NCBI GenBank assembly: GCA_934613415.1
Contig: CAKTSY010000002.1
Span: forward strand, 406,709 to 438,708
DNA length: 32,000 nucleotides
Reading direction: 5' to 3'
DNA from: an uncultured Opitutales bacterium
Lineage (GTDB): Bacteria; Verrucomicrobiota; Verrucomicrobiia; Opitutales; Intestinicryptomonadaceae
Both the position numbers and the translations under genes were made by a program. The notes under the pieces were generated by a model that was not told where the DNA came from, did no database searches, and saw only the letters and a program-made list of their open reading frames with translations. This document shows positions 23,682-32,000 of this stretch, piece after piece (within the stretch, counting starts at the first letter, position 1; each line of letters begins with the position of its first letter).

Positions 23682-25895
23682 TTAACTAACCTTTGTGAAA
23701 ATTAAATCGACCGAGCCGCCGCAGTTGCACGCATACATCGGCGCGACTTCCAGCGAATAGTAGAGTTCGGGAAGTCCGCGCTTGGGGTATATGTAATACG
23801 GCCTGTTGGCGGGAATCGCGGGAAGCTGCTCCTCGCAAACCGTGTCGTCGTTCGTCCTGAGTCGAAAGACGTTTTTCTGGATTTCGTCTTCGGCACTTGA
23901 CGTGTCGGGCAGCTCCGAATCGAAGCGCAGGACAATCTGCGAAAGCTCCAAGCCCGTCGGGAAGCCCTCCGCGTAGAGATACGTCGTGCTCGAAAACGAC
24001 GAAACCGCAATGTGCTTTGTATAACTTCCGTTTCCCTCGAACGGCAGCGACCACCCGTAAAACGCCAAGTCCCTGCTCGACGCGCCGTGGTTCTTCCAAA
24101 ATCCCGAATTCCCCGCGCCGTAGAAAAATCCCTCGAAGCCCTGCAAGCACGAGCAGGTAATCGAATGCAGATAAACCGCGTCGGTCGATTCCTCCTCGAG
24201 CTTGAAGTATGAGTTGTTCCCCTTATACAAATAGAGCTTGAACGCGCCCGACCATTTGAGCGTGAGTATCATTTCCACGGTTTGCCACTCGTCCTTTGGT
24301 AAAATCACGCCCGACTTGTCGATGTTGTCGGTCTTTGAAACTATCGTCCCTGCGCTTGCGGGCGCAATGCTGCCGAGCCTCAGCTGGACTTTCGTGATGT
24401 TCGGGTTTGTCGTCGGCAGGTAAATCGAAAACCTGATTTTGTGGAGCATTCCGTTGCCGCTAAAATACTTTGTGGGAAGCTCGTATTCGTGCGTCGCGTT
24501 GTAGGTGTCGGGCACGAGCGAAATTTTCAGCACATTCTTTTTGCCTCCGATTTCCGCGCCGCCTACGCCCTTCGAATGCGAACTATTGCGCGTAAACGAG
24601 CTTGCGAACGTGCTTCTGAAATAATTATAGCGCGGGTTCAGAATGCCTTTCGGTGGAAAATTGCCGTTTGCGAAATCCTCAATCGAGTAGTTGATTTTCG
24701 CGGTCTTGCCCTCGCTTGCCGTAAGCGGCAACAGGAGCGAATTCGAATACGCCATAACCTGCTTCAAGCCCTTCCAACCCAAGAACGAAGACGCGCCCGT
24801 GATGGAAAGTTCGTCGGGAATTACGCCCGAGGAGACAAGCTCGATGCCCTTGTATAGCTTGAAATTCCTGCCGTCGACGGTTAGCGCGATTCTGTCGCCG
24901 TATTCGATTGCCTTTGAAATCGCCGCCGTCCGATCGACCATTTCCGAACCGCCGCTTTCGCTTTCCTGATAGATGTAGCCGAGCTTCAGCGTATTGCCGT
25001 CTGCGGAAATTTCGGGCGTGAACATTCCGCTGTCTGCGTATGAAACGGCGTAGAGTTGCGTATAATATGCTGTCGGTTCGGGCAAATAAATTGTAAGGAA
25101 TGTCGAGCAATTTCCCGCCACGAAGTCGTCGCCGAGCGTTGCGCCGTATTCCGAGGGGACGGACAATGAAGTGTCAGACCATATTCCGCACTTCATATAC
25201 TTGAACAAGTCGCGCTTTTGCGGAACGTCGAGATTTGTTCGGGCTGCTGTCTTGTCGGCAATGTCGGAAAGATTGGAAGCCTTTTTGAGGTTCTTTGCCT
25301 CCTGCGCGTCGATTTGCGATTTGTTGTAAACTTCGCCTTTTGCGTAGACATCGAGGTTCTTTCTTGAAGCCGACTTGTCCGCCAAGTCCGAAAGGTTGGC
25401 GGATTTTTTCGAGAACACGGTGTCGGTGTAAACTTTGTCGTAGAACTGCTCCTGAAGTTCGACGGCGGGCGCGTTTTCTATGAGGTCGTTTTTTACGCGG
25501 CAGGCGGTCTGCAAAATCGTGACGATTCTGCCCGCCGTGTCGGAATATTCCACCTCCAAGAATGCGGTGATGTATTCGCTTTCCTGAACGGCGTTTTCGA
25601 TTGCCGTTGTGTTTAGCGGCAACACCACTTCCGCACCGCCGTTCGGATTCAAGGCATAGCCTGCCGCATATGTGAGTGATTTGGGATAGCCTTTAAAACG
25701 CGCAATCGCAACTCGCAGAAAATCCGTGCCGACTACAAGCGGCTTTACCTCGTAGAGCGATTCTTCGCCCTTTTGGAGAAGGAAGATTTCGAGCGGCTCG
25801 TTGTCGCCCTGCATAAATACGGGTGCGGACACGCTCCTGTCGGAAGTCAAACTCTGGACAAGCTTCTTGTTCTCAATGTCTATAAAAAGAGTCAT
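23682..25895 (-). CDS. Phage tail fibre / receptor-binding protein
   Basis: Two copies of the tail-fibre motif: SANLSDLADKSASRKNLDV (aa 165-183) and ASNLSDIADKTAARTNLDV (aa 206-224), at DNA 25224-25403. A large beta-rich C-terminal region follows. Confidence 0.7.
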   Translation of the reverse strand: MTLFIDIENKKLVQSLTSDRSVSAPVFMQGDNEPLEIFLLQKGEESLYEVKPLVVGTDFLRVAIARFKGYPKSLTYAAGYALNPNGGAEVVLPLNTTAIENAVQESEYITAFLEVEYSDTAGRIVTILQTACRVKNDLIENAPAVELQEQFYDKVYTDTVFSKKSANLSDLADKSASRKNLDVYAKGEVYNKSQIDAQEAKNLKKASNLSDIADKTAARTNLDVPQKRDLFKYMKCGIWSDTSLSVPSEYGATLGDDFVAGNCSTFLTIYLPEPTAYYTQLYAVSYADSGMFTPEISADGNTLKLGYIYQESESGGSEMVDRTAAISKAIEYGDRIALTVDGRNFKLYKGIELVSSGVIPDELSITGASSFLGWKGLKQVMAYSNSLLLPLTASEGKTAKINYSIEDFANGNFPPKGILNPRYNYFRSTFASSFTRNSSHSKGVGGAEIGGKKNVLKISLVPDTYNATHEYELPTKYFSGNGMLHKIRFSIYLPTTNPNITKVQLRLGSIAPASAGTIVSKTDNIDKSGVILPKDEWQTVEMILTLKWSGAFKLYLYKGNNSYFKLEEESTDAVYLHSITCSCLQGFEGFFYGAGNSGFWKNHGASSRDLAFYGWSLPFEGNGSYTKHIAVSSFSSTTYLYAEGFPTGLELSQIVLRFDSELPDTSSAEDEIQKNVFRLRTNDDTVCEEQLPAIPANRPYYIYPKRGLPELYYSLEVAPMYACNCGGSVDLIFTKVS

Positions 25896-25919
25896 ACAAG
25901 AAGCGGAGTTGTCAAATTA

Positions 25920-26020
25920 TCAGTTGAAAAAGCTTTTCGCTTCCGCGCGGGAAATGCCGCGCATATTGATGTAGCGCGAGCGAAGAAGCCAATAGGTAGT
26001 TAGAATTTGTCCCCGCTTTT
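25920..26020 (-). pseudogene. Short 3' remnant of a second, related tyrosine integrase gene
   Basis: The minus strand reads ...LLRSRYINMRGISRAEAKSFFN-stop (stop at 25922-25920). That is 13 of 18 identical to the C-terminus of the 13923-14207 fragment (RYINMRNISRFESEKFFN). Confidence 0.5.
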
Positions 26021-26028
26021 CTGTGCAC

Positions 26029-26063
26029 AAAAAAAACCGCCTTGCCTTGTGGTTTGGCGGTTT
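26029..26063 (-). terminator. Rho-independent terminator after the PEP-CTERM gene
   Basis: ACCGCC (26036-26041) / GGCGGT (26056-26061). On the minus strand it is followed by T8 (plus-strand A-run 26029-26036). Confidence 0.7.
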
Positions 26064-26082
26064 GAAAATTTAAAATTTTGCC

Positions 26083-27804
26083 TTACTTGCGGCGGCGATA
26101 GATTACAAAGCCCAAAGCCAACGCGCCGAAGATTGCCGCCCATTCGGCGGGTTCTGGGACGACGGTCAGCCAGTATTTGTTTGTCGCCGTGTCGAATGCC
26201 CACGAGAGTTTGGAACTGTCAACGCCCGAAATTTGCATATACGCCAACGCGTCGTCGGCAAGCGAATTGTGTTTGTTGATTGCAAGCGACTTTTCGGCGA
26301 AACCGCTGATTACGATTGTATCGCCGCCAACCAAGCCATAACCGGCGATGTCGGCAACGATGAATTCGTCGAACGTAAGAACCGAGCCGTTGCCGAGGTT
26401 GATTTCAAACTGCGCGGCTTCGCCCGTTGCGAACGCAATACCCCTCGCCGTCAGCGAAACGTTGTCGCCTATCGTAATTTTACCGTAGGAGCTTGAAGGC
26501 TTGTTGTCGTTGTACGACTTCGACACGAGGAACGCCGTCTTCTTCCAAGTGTTGTCGGCGTTGACAACCAGCAAGCCCGCGTTTGTGTCGGTATTTTTGC
26601 CGAACGCAAGGTGCGTGTCGATGTCGAGCGCATCGTTGAGTGTCATCGCATTGCCGAGCGCGAAATATTTGCCGCCCCTGATAACCAATTTGCCGCCTTT
26701 GTCGAGGACGATTTCTTCATAGTTTTTGCCGGCGGCACACGTTGCCGAATCCGTAAAGATGAGGAGAGATGCGCCGTTTTTGATTGTGAAAAGACCGCCG
26801 TTCGCGAACGTTTCGCCGACATTGCTACTATGATTGTAGAGAAGCATGGTGGAGTCCTTCGCGAGAGTGATAGGGGTGGCTATTGAACGGAAGGTTTGCG
26901 CGTTGATGGATGCTCCCTCGCCGATTGTTATCTTTGGCGTAATGCTGTCGTGTTTCGAAACATAAAAGTAGTCGTTTATATTGAGCGTACCGTTAACAAC
27001 CAAGTTGCTTGCCGTTGTTGCATCGCCGTTGTCGGGTGTGAGTTCAAGACGGGAGGTAGTGTACACGGCGTCCTTTCCGATGTTGAGCGTCGAATTTTGT
27101 ACTGTCGTTTCATTGGCGCTGAAGTTGCCGCCAATGTTTGCAACGGTGCCGTTGAACGCGGCGTTTCCCGAAGTCGTATACGTGCCGTTGAAGTTGTTTA
27201 TGCCGTTTGTGAAATAGGACGCGCCTGTAACGTTCATAACGCCGTCGACGGTGAAAACCGTATTCGCGTCATCGCTTTTGACGGTTACCGCTTCCGAACT
27301 CGTAACGGTAATGCCCCTGCCGATTTTAATCGACGCCGTGCTGCCCGAACGCCCCGTGCCTACGGGAGCGGTAAGAGTCCAACCGTTGGTAAAGTTTATC
27401 GCAGCATTTCCGCCGTTTTTAACGGAAAAATCCATCGCAAGCGGATAGGCGCTGAACCCTATTCCGTCGCCACTCGATAACGTCAGTGCCGCTCCGTCTT
27501 CGAAAAGCATATTCAGGTCGGTATAGCTTCCTCCGTCGTCACTTACCATGAAGCTTTTGAATGAATATTTCCCGTCCACAACGGTGTACGCCGGCGCGGT
27601 TGCAACGCCCGAATTGAGACCCTTCCAGAGAACCCCGTCGGAATCCGTCGGCGTTACGACATCACCCGAAGAGTTCTTGATGTCTGAGGAGAACTTCGTT
27701 GCGTTCTCTTCGTTAATGCCGCCCGACAGAAGATAGTCGGTTGCGAACGCCGAACTTGCGGCGAATGCCGCTGCCGATATAATTACAAGACAACTTGTTC
27801 TCAT
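26083..27804 (-). CDS. PEP-CTERM-anchored surface protein with a beta-helix / autotransporter-passenger-like repeat region
   Basis: Signal peptide MRTSCLVIISAAAFAASSAFA. Long Gly/Asn/Thr-rich beta-helical repeats. The C-terminus VVPEPAEWAAIFGALALGFVIYRRRK shows the PEP motif, a TM helix and a basic tail. Confidence 0.85.
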   Translation of the reverse strand: MRTSCLVIISAAAFAASSAFATDYLLSGGINEENATKFSSDIKNSSGDVVTPTDSDGVLWKGLNSGVATAPAYTVVDGKYSFKSFMVSDDGGSYTDLNMLFEDGAALTLSSGDGIGFSAYPLAMDFSVKNGGNAAINFTNGWTLTAPVGTGRSGSTASIKIGRGITVTSSEAVTVKSDDANTVFTVDGVMNVTGASYFTNGINNFNGTYTTSGNAAFNGTVANIGGNFSANETTVQNSTLNIGKDAVYTTSRLELTPDNGDATTASNLVVNGTLNINDYFYVSKHDSITPKITIGEGASINAQTFRSIATPITLAKDSTMLLYNHSSNVGETFANGGLFTIKNGASLLIFTDSATCAAGKNYEEIVLDKGGKLVIRGGKYFALGNAMTLNDALDIDTHLAFGKNTDTNAGLLVVNADNTWKKTAFLVSKSYNDNKPSSSYGKITIGDNVSLTARGIAFATGEAAQFEINLGNGSVLTFDEFIVADIAGYGLVGGDTIVISGFAEKSLAINKHNSLADDALAYMQISGVDSSKLSWAFDTATNKYWLTVVPEPAEWAAIFGALALGFVIYRRRK

Positions 27805-27984
27805 GATACCTACTTTCTATATTTTCAATAACTGGGATATAAAATTATCTGTTTATAAAGCTTTTTACAACTTTTCTGCGGTAAAAAAAGCTTGCAGTCA
27901 ACCATAAAAATTCCAACAGTTTTCAACAGTTCGTTCGGTACGGCAATCACGCTGTGCCGATTGGTTTATATGTTTATGGGGGAA

Positions 27985-28239
27985 ATGGTAAAATTTGTAA
28001 TATACGCGGGTGCGCTGCTTGCAGCCTGTATCCTTTCGGCGGAGGAAAGCGTCGGCGATACAATTTCGGCGAAGTTCGGCAATACGGTTTCGGGGGCGGC
28101 TCAGGCGAATGTATATTTCGAAGGCAACGGCAAATCGGGCGAGCTTTTGTGCATAGGACACTCGCAGACCAAACACGCTCCCGCTCCCGAACCATATGGC
28201 CGTTGCCATTGCGAAAAAGGAATATTGGTTGGGAAATGA
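27985..28239 (+). CDS. Possible small secreted protein (84 aa), divergent from the PEP-CTERM gene
   Basis: Internal start of ORF 27892-28239, with GGGGGAA immediately upstream. Begins MVKFVIYAGALLAACILSAEES (signal-peptide-like). No homology recognised, so it could be a chance ORF. Confidence 0.25.
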   Translation: MVKFVIYAGALLAACILSAEESVGDTISAKFGNTVSGAAQANVYFEGNGKSGELLCIGHSQTKHAPAPEPYGRCHCEKGILVGK

Positions 28240-28405
28240 CGATGATTTTGTAGATATTGACAAGGTGATTTCCAACATACAAAAGTATGAATCATTTCAA
28301 GATTCGGTAATATCCGACAAAACAAAATTATTTCAGACCAAATCAGTCGAAGGTTAAAACAATGAATCGAAAAAAAGCCTTTCGGGATTCCGAAAAGTTT
28401 TTCTT

Positions 28406-29353
28406 TTACCACTTTCTGATGGGGCATTTTTCGGAAGCGAGTTTAAGTTTTGCGGAGGAGCAGCCGCATTTTAGGCATTTGCCGAGTCCCATTCGGGCTG
28501 TGGGATACCAGAACTTGCAGTTATTGCAGATTGATTTTCTTCTTGTTAATTCGGCTTCGGCGGCAAGTTTGAAGCCCGATTTTGCCCAGTTGTAGGTTGC
28601 CTTTGTAAACTTTTGCACCATTTGAAATGTCGTAGGCAAAGTATCCAAAGTTTCCAAAATTGCCGATTTTTCAAACTCCAAATCGGTTCTGGTAAATTTC
28701 GCCGCCTCCGCAATGCGTCTGTCTTCAAAGCCGTTTTCTCCGCGTTCGGCGTAAAAGCATCTGCCGTTAAACAACGCAGCCTTGTAGGCGGGTTTGCCGT
28801 TTACGCAAAGGCTTTGCAACGTCCCCGCAAAGACATTGCAAACGCGCGAAAAAATCCCGCCCGATTTCGTCTGCCCCGAAATCAGCCATTCGTTCGGGTT
28901 GTCTGGATTGTATGAAACGCGGTAGAAATATTCAACATCGGGGAAAGTCAACTTTTGAATACTCCCGCCGTTTACAATGTAAAATCCGCCAGAACGCCCG
29001 CCGTAGACAATACGGTTTTTGAAAACAAACCCGACATCGGCGGAAACAAACTTTTCGGGAACGTTGCCGATTCCGTCAATCTTGTAGAGATAAAAACGCC
29101 TGTCGCTTTCGTGCCCACCCGCGATGAACGAAATTCTCCACCTGCCGTCTACAAGTTCGGCGGTGGGCGAACATTCCGTGGCGTCTTCTGGAAGCCCTGT
29201 ATAAACGCGTTCCCATTCGCCGTTTTCATAGTGGTGAAGCTTCCATTTGCCGCCGACTTTAAGACAGCAAAAAGCCTTCGGCGCATAGTATGGTGCATTA
29301 CCGCGAGCCACAAACGGCATATGCGAATTTATCCCTTTGTCGAATTCAAACAT
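28406..29353 (-). CDS. Hypothetical protein: beta-rich N-terminal domain plus a C-terminal cysteine zinc-ribbon tail
   Basis: The C-terminus ICNNCKFWYPTARMGLGKCLKCGCSSAKLKLASEKCPIRKW follows the pattern CxxC...CxxCGC...CP..KW. Only a 3-nt gap separates it from the upstream gene. Confidence 0.6.
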   Translation of the reverse strand: MFEFDKGINSHMPFVARGNAPYYAPKAFCCLKVGGKWKLHHYENGEWERVYTGLPEDATECSPTAELVDGRWRISFIAGGHESDRRFYLYKIDGIGNVPEKFVSADVGFVFKNRIVYGGRSGGFYIVNGGSIQKLTFPDVEYFYRVSYNPDNPNEWLISGQTKSGGIFSRVCNVFAGTLQSLCVNGKPAYKAALFNGRCFYAERGENGFEDRRIAEAAKFTRTDLEFEKSAILETLDTLPTTFQMVQKFTKATYNWAKSGFKLAAEAELTRRKSICNNCKFWYPTARMGLGKCLKCGCSSAKLKLASEKCPIRKW

Positions 29354-29356
29354 AAA

Positions 29357-29695
29357 TTAACTTTCGGGCCATTTGATGTTGCCGCACCAGAGGTCGTCGC
29401 AACAGACATCGGGGCAGCCCTGTTGAAGCTCCATATAGCCGTCGTAGGTATAGTTGGATTTAAATTGGCTCGGCAATCCCTCAAGTTTACCGTTTTCATC
29501 GATGCGCCCGCGATTGTATTCAACGCAGCCGCTTAACTCATACAAACGCCAAAGCGCGTTGGGCTTGCCGACGCCGTCGCCCTGATACGGGGTCAAGTCC
29601 CACGTCGGGTTGTCGCCGTTTGTGGTATAAGTTGCTATAACGCTCGGCTCGCACTGCGAACAGTCGTCGGAGCATTTGGATTTAAGCTGAATCAT
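29357..29695 (-). CDS. Small Cys-rich hypothetical protein (112 aa)
   Basis: Multiple Cys clusters (CSDDCSQCE...GCVEY...[13 protein letters not shown]). Its start overlaps the stop of the collagen-like gene by 4 nt. Confidence 0.55.
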   Translation of the reverse strand: MIQLKSKCSDDCSQCEPSVIATYTTNGDNPTWDLTPYQGDGVGKPNALWRLYELSGCVEYNRGRIDENGKLEGLPSQFKSNYTYDGYMELQQGCPDVCCDDLWCGNIKWPES

Positions 29696-31434
29696 TCTCC
29701 GCCTTCCCCCGACTTCACAAGGAAGTATTTTACGGTGGAAGAACCGCCGTCGCAGACTTCGCAGGGTTCGGAATAGAACGCCGCGCCAAGATTGGTTAGC
29801 GTGTTTTGGTCGGCAAGAATCGTGATTTCCGCGCTTTCGCCGTTGGGCAGAACAAACTGGATATTTGTCGGCTTCCAGCCAGTATCGACCTGCCTTGAAC
29901 CCGTCGAAAACACCTGCGTTTTGCTCATCATATTCGTCGACGGGTCGAAATAGTAAATGTCGGTCATAATGTTGCCGCCGTCGATGTGCTGCAAAACTTT
30001 GAGGGTTGCGAGATTGCCGTTTGCGTCCATCACGGCGATGTTTACGGCGGAATCAATCGTGCGCTTCACATAGTCGACGTTCTGGCGCATACTCGCCATA
30101 ATCGACTCTGCGGAGGACATTCTGCTTTCGATGTTGCCCATTCGCGATTCGAGAGAGGCGACGGCCGAAGCAAGCGCGGAAGTGTCGGCGGAATCTCCCT
30201 TTTCGCCGCGAGGTCCCTGAGGCCCCATCGGACCTTGCGCGCCCATGTCGCCCTTATCCCCTTTATCTCCCTTGTCGCCTTTCGGACCCTGTGGGCCTTG
30301 CGTTCCGCCGCCTCCTCCTGCAGGACCTTGCGGCCCCATAGGCCCCGTATCGCCTTTTTCGCCTTTCTCCCCGCGCTCCCCCTGAATCCCCTGAGGTCCT
30401 TGCGGACCAATCGGGCCTTGGTCTCCTTTTTCGCCCTTGGGAAGATTGTTGATAGCCGCCCACAGCTGCGAAATTTGCGCCTTTATGCTTTCGTCGGAAT
30501 CGGCGAGGGCTTTCAGGGATTCCACAATAGCCTTTATTTGCGATTCGATTTCGTCGACGCGTTTTTCGAGCTGCTGGCGTTTGTATAGTTCGTCGTTTGT
30601 AAGGGTATTTAGTTCGGCGATTAGCGCATTGTGCTCGTCCCACAGGGCTTTTAGGTTCGCAAGTTGATTGCGGATTTCGGTGTCGTCATACACGCCGCTA
30701 TCGACAATCTTTTCGACGATTTTATCCCCAGTTTCTCCTTTCTCGCCTTTTTCGCCGCGGTCTCCTTTGTCCCCCTTATCGCCCTTGTCGCCTTTTTCAC
30801 CCTTTTCGCCGTCCTTGCCGTCTTTCCCGTCTCTACCCGCAGGGCCTGCAATGGGCTGGCTCGGCGTTCTGCCCGCAGGCTGTTGCGGGTGTTCGCCGAC
30901 GTAAAGTGCGTAGAAAGTTTTTGCGTTTTCCTTTTCGCCTATCGAAAATTTTATGCTGTAAAAATCCTTTTCGACCGCGCCGCCGCAGTCATTCAAAATC
31001 TTTTCTGAGAAGACAAGATAGCGCAATCCGTCGGTTTCGTTCCAGATGACATCGCCGCTTTTTGGCGTTTTTTGGAAAGTTTTGAAGGCGTTTTCGATGT
31101 TGGAGCGGATTGCCGCCGAGTCGGGAAACTTGATGTCGGGCAATTCCTCGGTATCTTTTGCAATGTAGACTGCGAGCATCGACTTTTCCATTTCGGAGAA
31201 TTCGTCGCCGAAGGAAATTCGCCACGCCTTGGAATTTTTCGTTATCAGCGTATCGAGTATCGTAAGCGTGGTTCCGCCCGCGCTTCTGTTCATTGTATAG
31301 CCCACGCCGTTTTGCAGGCGCGAGGCTTCAATCATTGCGCAGATGTCGTTTAGCCTCTCCGCCGTTACCTGTTCCAAGAGCGGCAGTCCCGCGCGGAATC
31401 GCGGCAGTTTCTGGTTTCCGATGTCATTTAGCAT
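29692..31434 (-). CDS. Collagen-like (GXY repeat) fibre protein, phage tail-fibre-like
   Basis: 14 uninterrupted GXY triplets at aa 197-238. Coiled coil at aa 239-333. Then 13 + 12 GXY triplets (aa 334-415), split by GGGGGTQ. A globular C-terminal domain follows. Confidence 0.85.
   Translation of the reverse strand: MLNDIGNQKLPRFRAGLPLLEQVTAERLNDICAMIEASRLQNGVGYTMNRSAGGTTLTILDTLITKNSKAWRISFGDEFSEMEKSMLAVYIAKDTEELPDIKFPDSAAIRSNIENAFKTFQKTPKSGDVIWNETDGLRYLVFSEKILNDCGGAVEKDFYSIKFSIGEKENAKTFYALYVGEHPQQPAGRTPSQPIAGPAGRDGKDGKDGEKGEKGDKGDKGDKGDRGEKGEKGETGDKIVEKIVDSGVYDDTEIRNQLANLKALWDEHNALIAELNTLTNDELYKRQQLEKRVDEIESQIKAIVESLKALADSDESIKAQISQLWAAINNLPKGEKGDQGPIGPQGPQGIQGERGEKGEKGDTGPMGPQGPAGGGGGTQGPQGPKGDKGDKGDKGDMGAQGPMGPQGPRGEKGDSADTSALASAVASLESRMGNIESRMSSAESIMASMRQNVDYVKRTIDSAVNIAVMDANGNLATLKVLQHIDGGNIMTDIYYFDPSTNMMSKTQVFSTGSRQVDTGWKPTNIQFVLPNGESAEITILADQNTLTNLGAAFYSEPCEVCDGGSSTVKYFLVKSGEGGE
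30190..30435 (-). repeat. Collagen-like block 2 (13 + 12 GXY triplets)
   Basis: [82 protein letters not shown]. Confidence 0.85.
30721..30846 (-). repeat. Collagen-like block 1 (14 GXY codon triplets; GDK/GEK 9-nt tandem units)
   Basis: [42 protein letters not shown]. Confidence 0.85.
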
Positions 31435-31436
31435 TT

Positions 31437-32000
31437 TTATTTGTATATGTATTTATTCCAACCGTTCGGGCCGCTCAAAAGGTAGGTGATGGAAACTTTG
31501 TATTTGCCGTCCGCCATTTTGTTGTAGGAAATTCCCGTGCACATCCACTGGCGGTTTCCGTCGACTGCTGGCAAGCCGCTGCCGCCGCCGATTGAACCTA
31601 TTCCCCCGAGGCTCGGAATTCCCCTTGAAATGTAGCCTACCGTCGCCGAATACGACGGCACGAGGTAGCTTTTAACACCCGCCATTATTTTCCCACCCTG
31701 AGTTTTGGAATTCCAGCCGACGAATTTGCCGTCGTCGTCGAATATTCCGCAGTTGGGCTTGTCGGGGCTTCCCGCCCATCGCTCGAAATCGGGGTGGCTT
31801 TCAATCGGCTCTTCGCGCATTGTGCAGGAAACTTCGACTGTGTTTTCGGAGGAATCTTTGTCCGAATCCCAGACGAATTCAGAACCCTCGTATTGGGCGG
31901 TTATTATCGCGCCTTCGCCGTGCCGCTTAATGCCTACCGACTTGCAATACAAATCCGACCAAATCGGGTGCGGAGACTTGTTTACAATCGGGCAATGCGC
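31437..32000 (-). CDS. Hypothetical phage-like structural protein, 5' end beyond the window
   Basis: The ORF-track start (TTG at 31952) is probably not the true start. The frame stays open to position 32000 (..[23 protein letters not shown]..). A 2-nt gap separates it from the collagen-like gene. Confidence 0.55.
   Translation of the reverse strand, partial: AHCPIVNKSPHPIWSDLYCKSVGIKRHGEGAIITAQYEGSEFVWDSDKDSSENTVEVSCTMREEPIESHPDFERWAGSPDKPNCGIFDDDGKFVGWNSKTQGGKIMAGVKSYLVPSYSATVGYISRGIPSLGGIGSIGGGSGLPAVDGNRQWMCTGISYNKMADGKYKVSITYLLSGPNGWNKYIYK

Larger units (their letters stand above)
17935..32000. mobile_element. Prophage-like or integrative-element region (serine recombinase, phage lysis and tail-fibre genes); right end beyond the window
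   Basis: Contains a large serine recombinase, an orphan Dam methyltransferase, XhlA/holin-like genes, a tail fibre with SNLSD..R.NLDV motifs and a collagen-like fibre. G+C is higher than in the backbone (31/60 at 24001-24060). The left boundary is a guess. Confidence 0.5.

Noticed and set aside
23686-25483. Multiple 60-150-aa ORFs in other frames of the tail-fibre gene, and 26007-27736 inside the PEP-CTERM gene.
   Set aside because: These are Arg/Pro-rich translations typical of off-frame reading in higher-GC DNA, and all are nested within better-supported long ORFs.
13923-25980. Treating the two similar integrase-end sequences as attL/attR direct repeats of one 12-kb element.
   Set aside because: They are only roughly 70 percent identical by eye, with differences spread as codon substitutions. 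The similarity is therefore explained by protein homology of two diverged genes, not by duplication of an att core.
30066-31008. ORFs 30066-30410, 30263-30643, 29986-30588, 30668-30904 and others overlapping the collagen-like gene.
   Set aside because: They are alternative frames of the GXY repeat DNA (giving SPLSPLSP or RRKRR strings). Only the GXY frame yields a coherent protein with flanking globular domains.
1-32000. Search for CRISPR arrays, rRNA or tRNA genes, and IS elements with terminal inverted repeats.
   Set aside because: I could not see any regularly spaced direct repeats, conserved rRNA blocks, cloverleaf-compatible segments or transposase-like ORFs. Absence is by visual inspection only; tRNAscan or Infernal would be decisive.

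Overview
The window splits into two parts.

(1) Positions 1 to about 13.9 kb look like chromosomal backbone. Its genes lack Shine-Dalgarno (SD) leaders. Contents:
- a CsoR-type repressor plus a His/Cys-rich P1B metal ATPase, with a perfect palindromic operator
- a secreted nucleoside hydrolase and an OprB-family porin
- a GT4 glycosyltransferase divergent from a frameshifted acyltransferase-3 gene
- SIMPL, Maa/LacA-type acetyltransferase, FGE-family, Ogt and GNAT genes
- a large beta-helix lipoprotein

(2) Positions 13.9 to 32 kb are a mosaic of horizontally acquired DNA, in this order:
- a tyrosine-integrase 3' fragment
- a very AT-rich defence islet. It carries an uncharacterised double zinc-ribbon protein with an Rx4H (HEPN-like) C-terminal domain. 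It also carries an RsrI/EcoRI-like Type II R-M operon in which both genes are out of frame at 7-nt homopolymers.
- a 0.9-kb non-coding junction with strong G+T skew and a C6/G9 inverted repeat
- a 649-aa large serine recombinase with an extra HTH tail
- an AAA/DUF4143-type ATPase preceded by twin palindromes
- an orphan Dam-family methyltransferase
- a minus-strand phage-like late block: XhlA-like, holin-like, a 737-aa tail fibre, and a collagen-like fibre cluster. This block is interrupted by a self-contained PEP-CTERM surface-protein cassette and a second integrase 3' remnant.

I could not recognise any rRNA, tRNA or CRISPR array. All family assignments come from reading motifs by eye; no database search was run.
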